The notes beneath the pieces are model-generated. The model was given only the letters and a program-made list of their open reading frames with translations. It was not told the DNA's origin and did not search any database. Source: Spirogloea muscicola (Eukaryota). From it: a DNA stretch of 35,557 bases. A program made the translations under genes and the position numbers. The stretch spans positions 469,196 through 504,752 of the forward strand of contig WELB01000004.1 in the NCBI GenBank assembly GCA_009602725.1. Direction: 5' to 3'. Positions within the stretch are counted from its first letter, which is position 1; every line of letters starts with the position of its first letter. Of the stretch, positions 22,419 to 35,557 are shown in pieces.

Positions 22419-22949
22419 GGTGGACGAGCAAGGTAGCACCACCTACCACCTTTGCAATTGCATGAGTTTAGTATACTAAGTCGTCCTACTTCATCGTACA
22501 TTGTTGCCAGTCAGATGTCTCACTCTTTATTAGTCATGGATTTAACTTCAGGCAAAAGTCTCGAAAGACCAACACCTTGAGGACTACTGAGTACTTATGA
22601 GATGTACAAACAGCCATTCAAGCCATTACAGCTTCTACAGTAGCTGCCAATTTGTCAATGTCAGCCTCCACAGGAGTATCAAGCACTGTCAGCCCATGAC
22701 AAAAGAAAAGGCTTTCAAATGGCCTCCTTGCTCAGCAAAATCTGCTGGCCGAATGTGTTCTACTTCACAGCAGTCTCCAAATTAGTCAACTCCTTGGAGT
22801 AGAAAAAGCCCAGTGAGAGACCATGCAAACAGAGCTGGGAAAGCCATGGGGGTTCATCTTTGAGTCTCCTAGCTCCACCGAGATGAAGCAGTGGCTCTTG
22901 ACCAACGCTTGAGGTCTTGCATACATCAAGGCTATGCAGTTTGTGACGG

Positions 22950-25900
22950 TCACTTTGCTGCCTCAGCCTTCCTCAGGTCTGCGTACATGGCATCTACTAC
23001 AGCCTGCAGCACATTGACGAGCATGTGCATCAGTCTATCATATCAGGATGCATGCAGCAACAAACAGGCACTGAAGATGAGGAACGACGAGAGCTCCTAA
23101 TTGACCCAACATTCCTTTCAGAAATTGATGAAGCCTACTGTCAGGCACTCTTAGTTGATTGTCACAAGAGAAGGCTCCAGACCTGGTAGTGTTTCAGCAG
23201 TTGAGGTCGCTTCTTCTTGTACGTAGGCGTCAAGAGGTCAGGTCCAAGATCAAAGGCTTGTGGCTCCAGATGCACCGCCTTGATCATTTCAAAGCCCTTC
23301 AGCTGTGCAATATAAAGGACCCACGTTAATTGCGTGCTATACGAGCCTATCACCAGCAGTTTTAATACATATAGGAAATATTGCACAGCATTGAGCAAAG
23401 GGAGGCAGTAAGATTCTGCGTGACAGTGAGCTGCTCCTTAGCACAAGCATTCACTGTGCTCTACACTCTCAGCACCATGATATGCAAGACGTACCTTTCC
23501 CTTCTTTCCTGCTCCAGTCAACTCATCAAGCACGTACTTCTTAGCTTGGGGGTTCGAACAGATGGCTGTATAGTCACCCTGCACATTGTTTGTCTTGGCC
23601 CAATCTTTCAAGTTGGCCTCATTGGGAACAGCAACAGCAACCAGAACAGACTCAAAGCTATTTCCGTACACCCAGACCTGTTCAGAAATCAGAGATCATA
23701 TCAGTGTCCAACACCTTTTCCAGCTCATATTGCTGACTTGATATCCAGCATCTTAATTGAGTCGGAAGCTCCCACGTTGGGCTGATTGCACTTTACTCAC
23801 GAACCTGGTCAATGGCTGAGCAGTTGCCATAGACATTCTCAAGGTTTTCAACTGCAACGTACTCTCCTTGCGAAAGCTTGAATATGTTCTTTTTCCGGTC
23901 AAAGATCTTCAATGATCCATCCCGTTGCCATTCACCAATATCCCCTGTGATCCATCACACATCGTCTGTTCAGGCCTTGCGCCTTTTTCGCCTGTTCAGG
24001 CCAATTCATCAGCTGCAACAGTGTAGGATCCAATGACCACAGATTATAGATGGAGACCACATGAATTGGTTGGTGGAGACCTGTGTGGAACCAGCCATCA
24101 ATGTAAGCCTCGGTTGTTAAGTCGGGCCGCTTGTAGTAACCATTGAAGAGTGACTTTCCCCGCAGGCACAATTCTCCTCTCGAGGGCGTCCCCAGTGCAT
24201 CATAATTCATCTCGGGTACAGACTCAAGTCTGACCTCCAGATTTGGAAGTGGTGGACCAACTGTGCCAGCCTGCTCAACAAGGTTGGGATACGATATAAA
24301 GCTTCCGGCACAAGATTCGGTAAGACCTGCAAGCACGATAGAATACCAAGCAATGACAGCAAGAGTATAATGAGAGTAGCAACACTAATTGCTTGGACGT
24401 GATTGCTTGGACCATCAAGAACGACTAGCTTTCTATTGCTGCAAGCTCATCATAACCCAGAGCCACGGCAGTCCTCAGTAGTAGTAGTACTTGCTGGTGG
24501 TACAGAAATACTACTAGTCATTCTGTACTAGCAGTGTAAAAGTGTCACAGATGAGTTGACAGCTTACCATAGCCTTGTACCACAGGAGCACACATTACAA
24601 CCTTCAGGAACTCCTCAACATGAGGGGCTAAAGGTGCGGCTCCAGAAAGGATCACGCGCACACTCCCTCCTAGTTGCTGCTTAATCTGCAGCAGAAACAA
24701 GGGTACAATATACTCAAGATGCTCCAGCCTGACCAGCAAAGTCAACACGTAGCTTTTTGATCACTTGCTAAGCAGGGAGGCTGCTGAAGACAAGCACTGG
24801 GCCATACATACCTTGCTGAACACTAACTTGTCAAAGAAAGGAGCTGCCTTCTCTTGTCTCAGACCCTTCCTAATTCGGTTCACCTTACTGTCAGCCATGA
24901 AAATAGAAGTATATTAATACGTGGATGTACAAGTGCTCCAATCAATTTCAGCTCAGTTTGCCATCCAGTGGTTGTCCTTGTATTGATGAACACGAAGTAA
25001 TATACATTAGACTTCAACTGTGCAAGTATACAACAACATGACATTGTTGTGTCATTGTATAACAAGCTAAGCTTTGGAATCAGTTGGTGCTTTGATGAAC
25101 AATCAGGTACTCTGACGACCTCTGCACGAAGAGCAGATTATTCAACTTTGGCTTTTGTGTGTCTAGCAAAGCACGGGATACAAGATTCCTAACAGGGAAT
25201 TAAGGAGCACATACAGTGACCTACTTATGGAAGCCCCAGTTGAATAGTAACTTTTTCAAGCCGCCAGAAGCATTCACTCTGGTATTAATGCCTGCAAGTA
25301 TTAGTTGATGATTGCAGATTGAATACACGTACTTGGACTCTATTGATGCCTCCAGACTGCTTTGCACTACATCAGGGTGGCTAGTTAACAGCTCAATAAG
25401 ATTAATCAGAAAGCTCTCAAACAAGCAGAAATATATGCTACTGACCAAGTTTGCTGACCTGAGTAGATGCGCTCAAAGACACGAGGAACTCCAGCAAAAT
25501 ACGTTGGCTTATACTCGCCAATATCTTCCACTAACTTTTTGATGTCCTGCAAATAGATTACTTACAGAGGTCACATATCTAAGAAGATAGTGATTCAGAC
25601 CCACACAAGACAAGAGAACATGACCTGAAGTTGAGCTTTCGCTTCATAATGGGAAGTACGCACAACATCTCATCATGTGCACATACTATTTATGAATGGC
25701 AAAAGTCACGCACCCCTTGCCAGAATCCTATTTCACCTCCGATAAAAATGAAGAACTCCTCGGACACTCTGTCAAATATGTGTGCTAAAGGCAAGTAGGA
25801 CAAGAACCTATCTTTCTGAGTCATCTGAAAGACATGTACATACAAATCTGATTAGGTCATGTCAGTACAGTCTGCATCCACTGAATAGTATGCCTTGGCA

Positions 25901-28504
25901 TCCAGATTTGAGTGCTCTCCACACTGCGTGATCCACTGCGCAATATGAGGCACTGCGCAATATGAGGCTCTTACCTCTTCATTGATGTCAACGAGGAACT
26001 TGTATACTGTTGCAATTTCAGTACATATGGCTGAATGAGACAGAAGCACACCCTTGGGTTCTCCAGTTGTACCAGAAGTATACATTATTGTGCAGATATC
26101 TTCTGCTGTAGGTGGAGTTGGATCAAATGCTTTCTCTTTGCCCTACGAAAGAGAGTGATGCAAGCACAGTGAAAGTGGCAGTATCAGATAGCAGGCATGC
26201 TTTGGTGCACCAGACAATTTAAAGCCAACACGTTGACCAGATTGGCACTTTAGACCTGCCATTAGCACACTGCCTATCCATATAGCTCTGAACACATCAC
26301 GTTGCTGCTTGAGAAAGATAAGTACCAGCTTCACAAAATCACTCCAGCCAGATATACTGATGCCCAATTCAGCAGCTCTTGCTCGCATTGCCTCCTCAAC
26401 AGTTGAAGAAAAACTGACAATTGCTGTGAATCATTCACGCCCATGCTGACATCAGACTCTAACGACAGACTGAGGTAGTCAATTGTTGTACTTGGATTCT
26501 CCAGTGACATCTTTGTAGAGTCGACTCACAATCAGCAATACAAGCCTAGTCCAGACAATCAGCTGACAGCTATCATTTCACAGCTGACAACACTGCTGCA
26601 CAGCATATTCCTTCTTACGTACTCTTCACATTCTGGGTGCATTTTGGCATGACATCCAGCAACTGGCTCCTCATCACGCACATGCAGACAATTAGTATAC
26701 CCTTGCAAGGGGCAAATAATAGCAGATAACAGGCATCCAGAGTTTTGTTGATCTCCAAAGAAATCCTCTTTGCAAGCAAGGTGAGGCATAATGTTATGTA
26801 TATCAAGGTATATATCATTTACCAGAGGGAGCTTCGTTTCTTGTATGAAGATTATGGATATCTCCGCATGATTAACGATGAACTCAATTGCATCAGCTCC
26901 TGGTACACCACAATATCCACGAAACAAATTGTGAGGACATCACTGAGGCTTAAGCTTCTTGCAATAACAGTAAGTGCAGTACTTTGTAAGATTGATCTGC
27001 TACCAAGCAAATAAGAGGCAGTCTTAATCAAGCAAACATCAAAACTTCTCCTAGCAAACAGTATCAAAGGGTGTGCAAGCACCAGGTCACCTAAAGTGTC
27101 ATAAAGGGGAACACACATGATGCTTTGACTGTTGCATGCCTGCGAAGAACGTACAGTACATCAGCTTCGATTTCAATGCTTTCCAACGACTTGGAGAGCT
27201 AAGCTCGTTATCCACATCCATGTCATCATGGTCCTCTCTGCTCATATCAAGCAACTAAGGAAAAGAACCATAATCTCCATAGCTGTGACCAACTCTCGGC
27301 AACTTATACAACAACCTCCTCTCTGCTCATATCAAACAGTTCAGGCTAAGACATACTTCCATAGCTGTAACCCACTCTGGGCAATTTGCTCCATATATTC
27401 CACATCGTCCCTTCTGTAAAAGAGGTCAAGATGTGCGGTTGAACGATGCTTCTTGGTAAGTCGTAGCTCAGAAAGTGGTCTAAGCTCAGTCTAAGCTCAA
27501 TACTCCTGGTCAGTATATGGAAGACTGCACAGCTGCCCTATGAGCCTCTGTTTCCTTTAGTATCGCACTCAGTGATAGACACCACCTACTCCAACCTGAG
27601 CCAATATCATGCTGCTGCTACTTGCAAACAAGGTAGCTCAACCCAACAAGTTCGCTGAAAGGTGTGCTTAGGTACCGGCTCGACACCAACGGAACGCATT
27701 GCCGATCCGACCTCCTTGGCCAGCTGAAATACCTCTGCATACGATTGAAATACGTACTTTCCAGCCTGCTCATAGTGGCAGCAGAAAGTACACATAAGTA
27801 TGCCAACCTGTGCAAAGTCCCCTACATTCTGGAACATTGCAAACACCACAAATCGGCCCTACAGTAGTTTCACCTCAATGCAGCATCGCAGAGCAGAGAC
27901 AACTTTGCATCAGTAGCTGAATCTCAACAGCACCATATGTTCATCCTTTCTGTGAGAGGCGGGTGGACAGGTGTGTGGGTGCCAGTGACTAAGCATGACT
28001 TTTCTCACCTTTCCATCAACTATTTCCCGTCTGCCGAGCATGTTGTTCGTGGCATACTTGCTTGCTGACGCGCTGCCAAGCACTGAAGTGCTGCGTGAGT
28101 TGCAGGAGACCGGAGTGACTCTAAAGTGCGAGCAGTGCCCTTGAAGGGTGTCTGCTGCTTCTTTGTCATGACGCAGCACTGCATCATGGTGAGCAGTGTC
28201 GACCGCACCTGAACATCTCCCATAATGTGGATACATTGCCAAGGGTCAAGGGCCCGTCCTTCTTCGATGTCGAACATATGTAGACAGGACCTGCAGGAAG
28301 TGGCGGCGACGGGCTCACATCCCGGGAGTCAGAGACATGGTAGCAGGAAGCGGGAAGCAGCAGAACATCGATACGGAGGCGCGGCCTGGGAACGGGGAGG
28401 GCGTGGCCAGGACAGCTGGCAGCGCAGGCGCGCGCGCTCGGACCTTTGGAAGGGCTGCCCTCCGTCGCCGGGACGGCCTCCTCGACCTGCTCCAGCCACT
28501 TCAT
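22950..28504 (-). CDS. LACS: Long-chain acyl-CoA synthetase, LACS4/5-like, multi-exon
   Basis: [59 protein letters not shown]-binding [102 protein letters not shown]. Confidence 0.96.
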
Positions 28505-29089
28505 CCCGGCGCCGGGGGGCTAGGCCGCGCGCGCGCGGGCGCGGCGCCCGGCGGCGGCGGCAGCGAGGGCGAGCTGCTGCCCTGGCGCGGGGCTCCGGCC
28601 GTCTCCTCCCATCCGGGGCTCGGCCACCGCCCGCTTTCTGCTGCTCTGGCCCGTCCTTTCGCCGCTGACAACCCCGGACTCCCCCCCCGGGGGCCCGTTC
28701 CCACGGCTCCTCACTCCCCCGTCTTCAGCACGCCCTCCTCGGCAGGACGCACCAGGGTCCCGCAATCTCAGCCACTGGCCGTGCCACGTCGGCAAGCCGT
28801 CCTCGTGGTGGGAACGAGGCTCTCGGGAGCGACACGCTGGCCAACGGTCGCGCATCGCCCCTCCTGCAGGGACTCCGAACCCACACGGCCCCCCCTTTTG
28901 TGCTCGTTTGGTGTTTCCCACTCTGCCTTGTGGCGGCTCCCGCTGCAGCGGTCCCGCTCGGCTGAGGCTGCCGTTTGGGACGCACAAAACTTGTGACGTC
29001 GGGCCAGCTTCTGTAAATTCAGTGGTGGGTTGATCGAGTCGAGTCCTTTGAAGATGGACACCGGAGGCCTTGCAGGCTGTTAGCGGCCA

Positions 29090-29165
29090 GCTAAGAGAAG
29101 AAAGCGGTTCTCCCGAAGGGGGCAAGGGCTGTGACCAGTGAGCCCGAAACAAACTGACAAGTGAA
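29090..29165 (-). mobile_element. Highly diverged CRE-like UTR hairpin module upstream of LACS
   Basis: aagaaagcggttctcccgaagggggcaagggctgtgaccagtgagcccgaaacaaactgacaag resembles 11960-12025. Confidence 0.5.
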
Positions 29166-29757
29166 GAAGCTCTTCTCACTGGTGGAGGTAGTTGTGAAGG
29201 AGCGAGGCCAACCAGGACCCTGACTGTGCTGTCACTTTTGGACTTGTACCAAAGATGTCCCCTATTCATATGCTGTGGGATGTGAGCACTGTGCATGGAG
29301 GTTCCAGAGACCGCAGCAACTTAGAGAGCCATGCACGGAAGTTTCATTGCTGGCTACTAATGTCTTAGGAGCAACGTCGTCGGACTTGACTGCCAGCAGA
29401 GCAGCTCAGCTTTTACCAAAGAGAGTTGCTGCAGTCAGCCCCTCGTCCTTCAAGACCAATGATGCATGATTAGTTGCAAATTAGCATCATAAGTACTGGA
29501 CAGTCACAACTGATTATAGTACATGCCCATTCACATCATACTGGGCAAAGAATAGCCAGTCAGCAAATTCACTGACAGCTGATAGGCAACACACCTGCTA
29601 GTACCTCAAAATGACTACCCTCTACTAGATACCTGAAGGCAAGGCAACTCCAAGGATATAGAAAAGCGCATGGCACACTACGCTGCCATTCCTTGTGTCA
29701 GCTTCAAATTTTAAAGGGGCAGCTGTGACCTCATGGACTATGCAACTACACAGCTTC

Positions 29758-32700
29758 TCACAAAAAGTTGCTCTCAGACGGTGGACTCATGGAAGCTGCA
29801 CTGTGACATGATGTTTGCCTGGAAGATGGTATTGACTCCTGACAAGCAGGGTTGGCCTGCAGTAGCTTCGTCAAAGCCCAAGTGATCTCCACATTGTGAA
29901 TGTCCCGTGTTGCCTGTAAGAGAGACGAACAAGTCGTGGTATAAGCATGCCATGCCCTCATGCGCCCACGTCATGTATTGGTTACTACACACAAGATCAG
30001 TGGGTCCGTCAATGCATATAGGACGCAGACTTTAGGCAGGCAGGCAAAATGCAGCACAATAGATCAGGCAGCATGATCTTGGGGGGAAATTGTAAAATTT
30101 GCTAACCTCGACAATGTACTGTGCCCTCAACTTGCCTTCCCTCATCTCCATTGTACCCTTTAAGATAGTGAGTCCCAAACTTTGCAAATGACTGGCAAGT
30201 TCCAGAAAAGAGTGCTGCATCTTGCAGTGCACCTGCATTGTCAAGAAGCCAGTCTGTCTTGTCATCCTCAACTCCATCGAAATAAGTTGACTCCACAGTA
30301 GGCTAGCTATATGCTCCAAGCTAAATTGATTCCATCAGTTTGTTGATGAGTCACAAGAACAAGGGTTGCCAGGAGCTACACTACCTGCTTCACAAGATTT
30401 TATGTTCGACTGTCACATTGACTTTCTTCAATGGAATCCAGAGCAAAAGTTGCAGCTCACCTCCACAGCCAACTGCCGAGGAAGAATCAGCGTTTCGACA
30501 TGAACAGGGCAATCGGAGCTCGACGAGCATCCGAGTGGGCACTTGCGAGAAAGTTGCTTCGCGTCTGAGTCAGACTGCACAAGACAACACACGACTTAAT
30601 CATTACCAGCACACATATCCTGATGAGCACCATCTCTTCATCGCTGCGTGTACGAAGGTAAAATTTCATGCAAAACATAAGGTATCCAAGGACATGGTAA
30701 GTAACAGATGAATGCTTAGCAACACAGGCAAGGGAATACCTCTGAACTAGCTTGCTTGTAACCACTCTGAATTGTTACAGTTTGCCGAAGGAATAGCACC
30801 TGCTTTATTGCTTTCTCTAGCAGTCCATCTATGCTGCACTGCAAGAGGAAAGAGAAGGCAGAAGAGATGAGTTCCAACATGACACTGTTGTCAATTGCTT
30901 GCCACAATGTGCTCTTTGACTTTGTATTGTTGATCATTCCATCTCTCTTATTGATGTGTAAAAGGGTCATGAGCAAGCCGGCCTGGTGTTCATGCTACGC
31001 AGTCCAAGATCAGGATCAGGTAAGCTGTGCCTGTAATGATGTTCAAGCTTGAGGCTTTGAGTGTCCATGCACAGCTTCTAGATACTGCCAAGCTAGCTTG
31101 AAGACTTACTTTCTGTGAATTTGGTACAATGTCGCGGAGCTCTTTCACCCGATCCTGGATTTGCTGCCTATCCCTAGGTCTTGGCCTGGGGGGATCCCCA
31201 GGCTTTCTAGCACGTTTCCGCCTGCTTCTTGTATACTCCTGCTTTGCTGGTGCTGACGAGGGTCGTTGACAGAATCCCATGAGCAGGGGGTTATGTCTGA
31301 AGAGCATGCTAGAAGCCTCTGCCTGCTGTTCGCTGGCCCCATAGCAGCTGCTCCCGCCCCTGAAGCCAGACACATCATCCATCTGCCTCATAGAAGGATC
31401 AAGCCCTGCAAGAACGCTGTGCTCCATCCTGGGTGCTATACTTCCCTGCTGTGCTGCGAAAGTCGTCATGAGAGCCGCCTGTGGCTGCTGAGTCAAAGTG
31501 TGGGATTGGTCGCCAACAAGGAGAGGCAGAACACTTAGGCACTCGGAGGGTGGGAGATCTGGATCAAAGGATGAGTCTGACGTGAGCAAGGAGCTCTCGC
31601 CATCCAGAGGACGACTGTTCAGATCTCCTTGCAAGCATGGCAGTTGTTCGTATCGGGTGAGTGGAAGTACTCCTTCCTCCGCTTTGGGACCTTGCCCATC
31701 ACTGGAGCTCTTCGCTGCCATTCCTGCCAACGCCGTGGAACAACAAGACCACTCCTCCGCCTGCTCCATTCTTGGTATCTGACCATCTCTTCTGCATCTG
31801 ACATAGCTTGAGCCCAGGGCTTCTGACAGCTCGTCTCCAAGCACATGCCCGCAAACACCGGGGCTGTCCCATGGCCTGTTGTTGTGCGTGTCTATAAGGC
31901 TGGTGCTGGCAGCTCCAGTTTCCCTAGTATCGGTAAGTGGGCTCGCAAGGAGCGAAGTATACAGGGAGCCAAAAGCTGCATCATAGGGCCCTGCCTCTTG
32001 CTGAGCTCTAAGAATGTTGAGAGTCTCCAGATCCAATGTTGCACTGCTGTCGCCTGACATCACCTGCCCTGCTTGAGTAGCTGCAATACTTGGCAAACCT
32101 TTATCCCAGGGTCCAGGACTCCTAAGAAGGAATGCCCCTCTGGATCCATTCTGTCCTGGTGGTGGTAGCAGATGAGCTCGATCATGGTACCCTTCATTGT
32201 CAGGTATGCTCACGGCTGATGACGGTCGCACTTCTGCCAGCAGCTCATTCCATGTATCCTGTGCCTCCTGTCTGTGTGATGGCATGCTCACTGTCTGATT
32301 TGGACCCTGACGGACAGGTGACAAGCTTTCAAAAAGACCATATGCAGCTTGTCCAACTGGCATAACATTTGGCAGGGAGCTTGCAGGTACAACTCCATCA
32401 GGTGGCAGCTCAAAGTGCTGGCTGAGGACAGAGCTGTTTTGCTGGTCAAACCCATCGCCTTCGAAAAAGTGGAGGGGTACTGTGTCAATTGATAAGGATT
32501 GAGTACTCGACAGATGTCGAGGACTACTATTTGTCTGCCGTGCTATCCTTCCACCAGAAAACTTGCCTGATTCCACTTTCGTATACGTCTGATGATACTC
32601 AGGGCCCCATAAGGAACTGACTTGAGCAGAATCTGTGGCAACGGCGGGATGACAAGGAGGTCAATCGTTATTAAAGGCTTAGCAAAAGGCTAAAGCTCAC

Positions 32701-35319
32701 AAATGCCACATCGCTGAACCTTCGCTACCAAAGCAGGCAGCCTCAGTGAAATACCCTTCACAGAAAATCGAGCAAGCACGTCATGGCTGGTGATCAAAGG
32801 CAGTGGAAGATATCCACTTACTTGAAAACTTCTCAGAAGTTGGTAGATAAACTCCACCATCTTCAGAGACTGAATGTGCATTGCAGGGTAGAAGCACTTC
32901 AAGCGACCCTCTCATAGAGCTCAATGATGCCACAGGCAAGCTTGTTGTGCCTCCCATGCTCTCTGTGCACAGTGTGCTCACATCACTACAGGCTCCGGAC
33001 AGATCCACCTTGCAGCTGGCCACCTGATCCGGCATGGCTGGGCTGTCGCTAAGCCTCTGAGGCTCCTTATGCTCAAAGCTAGGCAATGCTTGCGTTGACC
33101 AACTGGATTCTCCAAACAAAGGTTCCTGTAGGCTCTTGACGACAGGCCTTGTATGATCGGCTTGGAGCCCACTAGGAAGGTTCCATGTCCGACTGAATGC
33201 CCCTGCTGGGCCAGCTAAGGAAGGGAGCTGTGTCATATGTTGGACCGACTTCATTGACTGCGGGGGTAGTCTCTGCAGACCAGACTCCTCCGTTCCGTTA
33301 TGTGCCATATCTGGCAAGAAGGCACCAGGTACTTTGTGCAGTGTGGAAAGGATGCCTCGCACGTGACAGATGAAGTCAAGATCCTCTGGCACCTGCAGAA
33401 AAGAAGTGAGGTGAGGAAGAATAAAGTACTGCAGTAACGCCACAAACGCCACATACTGGTAGCATGGTACAGACTGCCACCACATGGCAATCACAAGTTA
33501 ATTCCTTTGGTGGTACAAGAGAGTGAGAAAACAGAAGTCAAGATAGATGGCAATACCGAGTAGCCATGATCAATCGTGCTTTCTGCTGAGGAGCACGACA
33601 CGAGTTTGGCAAGCAAGTAAACAGAGCGCAACTGGCATACCATATGCATGGAGCCCAACTGAACGACTCCATCGGGCACCGCTATGATAGCAATGGTCTG
33701 CCAGATACAAACGATAATTGCCAGAGATATCAGGTCTCAACCACGTCATGTCCAGATACTACATTCCCCCAGCTAGAAGACGACTTCCAACGAGTCAAAC
33801 ACTTACAAAGCTGCACATAGTATCGCAACAACAGAGGCCAAATGTAAGTGGCACAAACCTTGATCCCAGCTGCGAATTGGTGCTGCCAACCTGCTGGATA
33901 CTGCAAAAGCAGATATGGTCTACATCGTCAGACAACTTCTAGCACACCCAATCCAGACTGCCAGACATACAAAAGGTGCAAACACAAGAACATCAACTTC
34001 TTAGAGCATGTATAGCTGCTTATGCCATCTTAAAGACATAGCCCAAATAAGTCAATGACATTCTCGATGACTGGAATGAAGACTGTATCCAAGGAACCCA
34101 GATATCAGATGATGCTAACATCGAGACAAGGCTGAAGCATTGCACCTTGTCTGACATCTGCCGCCCACCACCTCGTATCAGATTTTGCGGACCGAGAGAC
34201 GTCTCACTGACAGCTCCTTCTGCCGAGAAGATCCACTGATGTTTCCCAGTGAAGGCCACTCTGCCAATGATTCTGCAAAAGATGGACGAACACATGCCAT
34301 GGTTAGCATAGCAGACAAGGAGATAAAACCAACTGCTTCCTGACAAGAGGCCTAGGGTCCTGATATGATGAACCAGATGAAAACAGACCGAAAGTGGCAT
34401 TGGAACATACATATGAGGAAGATCAGACTGAATGCAGATTAAGGTAGGAGAGCATCGTCATGTTCTGGTGTCACCCGGCAAAGCGCAGGTGCACCAGGTG
34501 CAGTAAGAGCAGCGCACTACTTCCAGATCTTCGCTTCCTGCTAACAAGGTGCTCTATCAAACAAGCAGAGACTCTGGGGGTAAGGCACGTACCCTTCACC
34601 AAGGGCATACACATGGTAGGACATCCTTGCGAAGGTATCTGCCAACAGGTTCTGGTCAGCAGTAGATGTGCCGACGTCATCAGCCTCGACTTTGTACTCC
34701 TTGAAATCGCTGAGCCCCAGAGGCTGGCCGGCCAGAGTGTGCAACAGGTTGGAGCTCGAGAACTGACAGTAACCATCCTCCCATGTCAGCACCCTGGTCC
34801 AGGCACAGACAGGGACAGAAGACAGAGAGTACCAATCAGTGGATGCCGCCTTGTCACCAATTACTCGTTAGCCTGTGAGCAGGCACTCTGGACGGTGCCA
34901 TGGAGGGCCCCCGACCTCCTTACAGAGTCATGGACAACGTGTAGCTACCGCCTGGAGAGTAAAACGGCCTAGCCAGTCGCATCTGAACGAGAAGCTAACA
35001 CCAAAACGAGCTCGTAGAAGTACCATGGCGAATCCTGAGCTCTCTGGACACACTCGGACTTCATGAGCGAGGCGAGCCAAGCAGCACAACGGCATCCAGG
35101 CAAGGGTGCGCGTGCTGCCCGGACCGGGGAGGGAGACGGCAGTTGGGACTCCTAACGATGCAGAAGTGTGGGGAGACGAAGCACATCAGTGGCGGGCGCT
35201 CACACTCGGCCGCGGCGCTTGCGCTTCCAGAGCACGGCATAGGTCCACTCGCTGCTGCTGCAGAGCTCCCGCAGAGCCCGCTGGAGCAGCATCCCGGCCG
35301 AGCCGTTCGGCACCATCAT
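29758..35319 (-). CDS. LHW: LONESOME HIGHWAY / EMB1444-type bHLH transcription factor, multi-exon (start at 35319, 35316 or 35292)
   Basis: bHLH-MYC N-terminus LLQRALRELCSSSEWTYAVLWK..|VLTWEDGYC..YALGEG|IIGRVAFTGKHQWIF..FAAGIK|TIAIIAVPDGVVQLGS; bHLH RKRARKPGDPPRPRPRDRQQIQDRVKELRDIVPNSQK|CSIDGLLEKAIK; ACT-like CPVHVE..FLELASHLQSLGLTILKGTME. Confidence 0.92.
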
Positions 35320-35526
35320 CGGAACGGCGCGGCGCGCCAAGAGACGCGCGGGCTCCAACTGCGGCGCTGGGCCCCCGGACCGTCTCGAGCGCCTTGCAAT
35401 GGCTACACGTCCCGATGGCCGGCGGGTCCACCCGGAAGAAACCCCGGACGTACGCCCGAGCCGCTGCTCCGGCCGCTGCTTGACGGCTGCGCTCGCCACG
35501 CACGGCCGCGCCGCGCCCTGGTTTGA

Positions 35527-35527
<1 letters not shown>

Positions 35528-35557
<30 letters not shown>
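35528..35557. repeat. (GCC)n microsatellite at window end
   Basis: About 10 perfect GCC units upstream of the bHLH gene, truncated by the window edge. Confidence 0.9.

Noticed and set aside
35320..35557. Conserved-peptide uORF of the LHW family (LKPGRGAAVRG)
   Set aside because: Very weak similarity and no AUG within the window; cannot be supported.

Overview
Gene-dense, intron-rich eukaryotic DNA, most likely from a streptophyte green alga (inference: plant-type genes, many short GT-AG introns, GC-rich GCC-repeat gene starts). Seven spliced genes are supported: a PAN/Apple-like membrane-anchored protein (+), 60S ribosomal protein eL21 (-), CTP synthase (-), a protein with tandem divergent ubiquitin-like domains (-), a PMP22/Mpv17-family protein (+), a LACS4/5-like long-chain acyl-CoA synthetase (-) and a LONESOME HIGHWAY-type bHLH factor (-). 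The spacers upstream of the genes are largely built from 3' remnants of one non-LTR retrotransposon family with a zinc knuckle and a restriction-like endonuclease (CRE-clade-like). At least 8 copies share a C-terminal SDLxxL(T/S)RGY-type tail, and their 3' UTRs are made of a repeated GGGCTG-loop-CAGCCC hairpin module. The copies form head-to-tail, head-to-head and tail-to-tail clusters. One copy is split at a TA by a pogo/Tigger-like MITE that itself carries a retroelement UTR module and an inverted telomere-like tract. Exon boundaries were derived by eye and family names come from motif recognition, not database searches.
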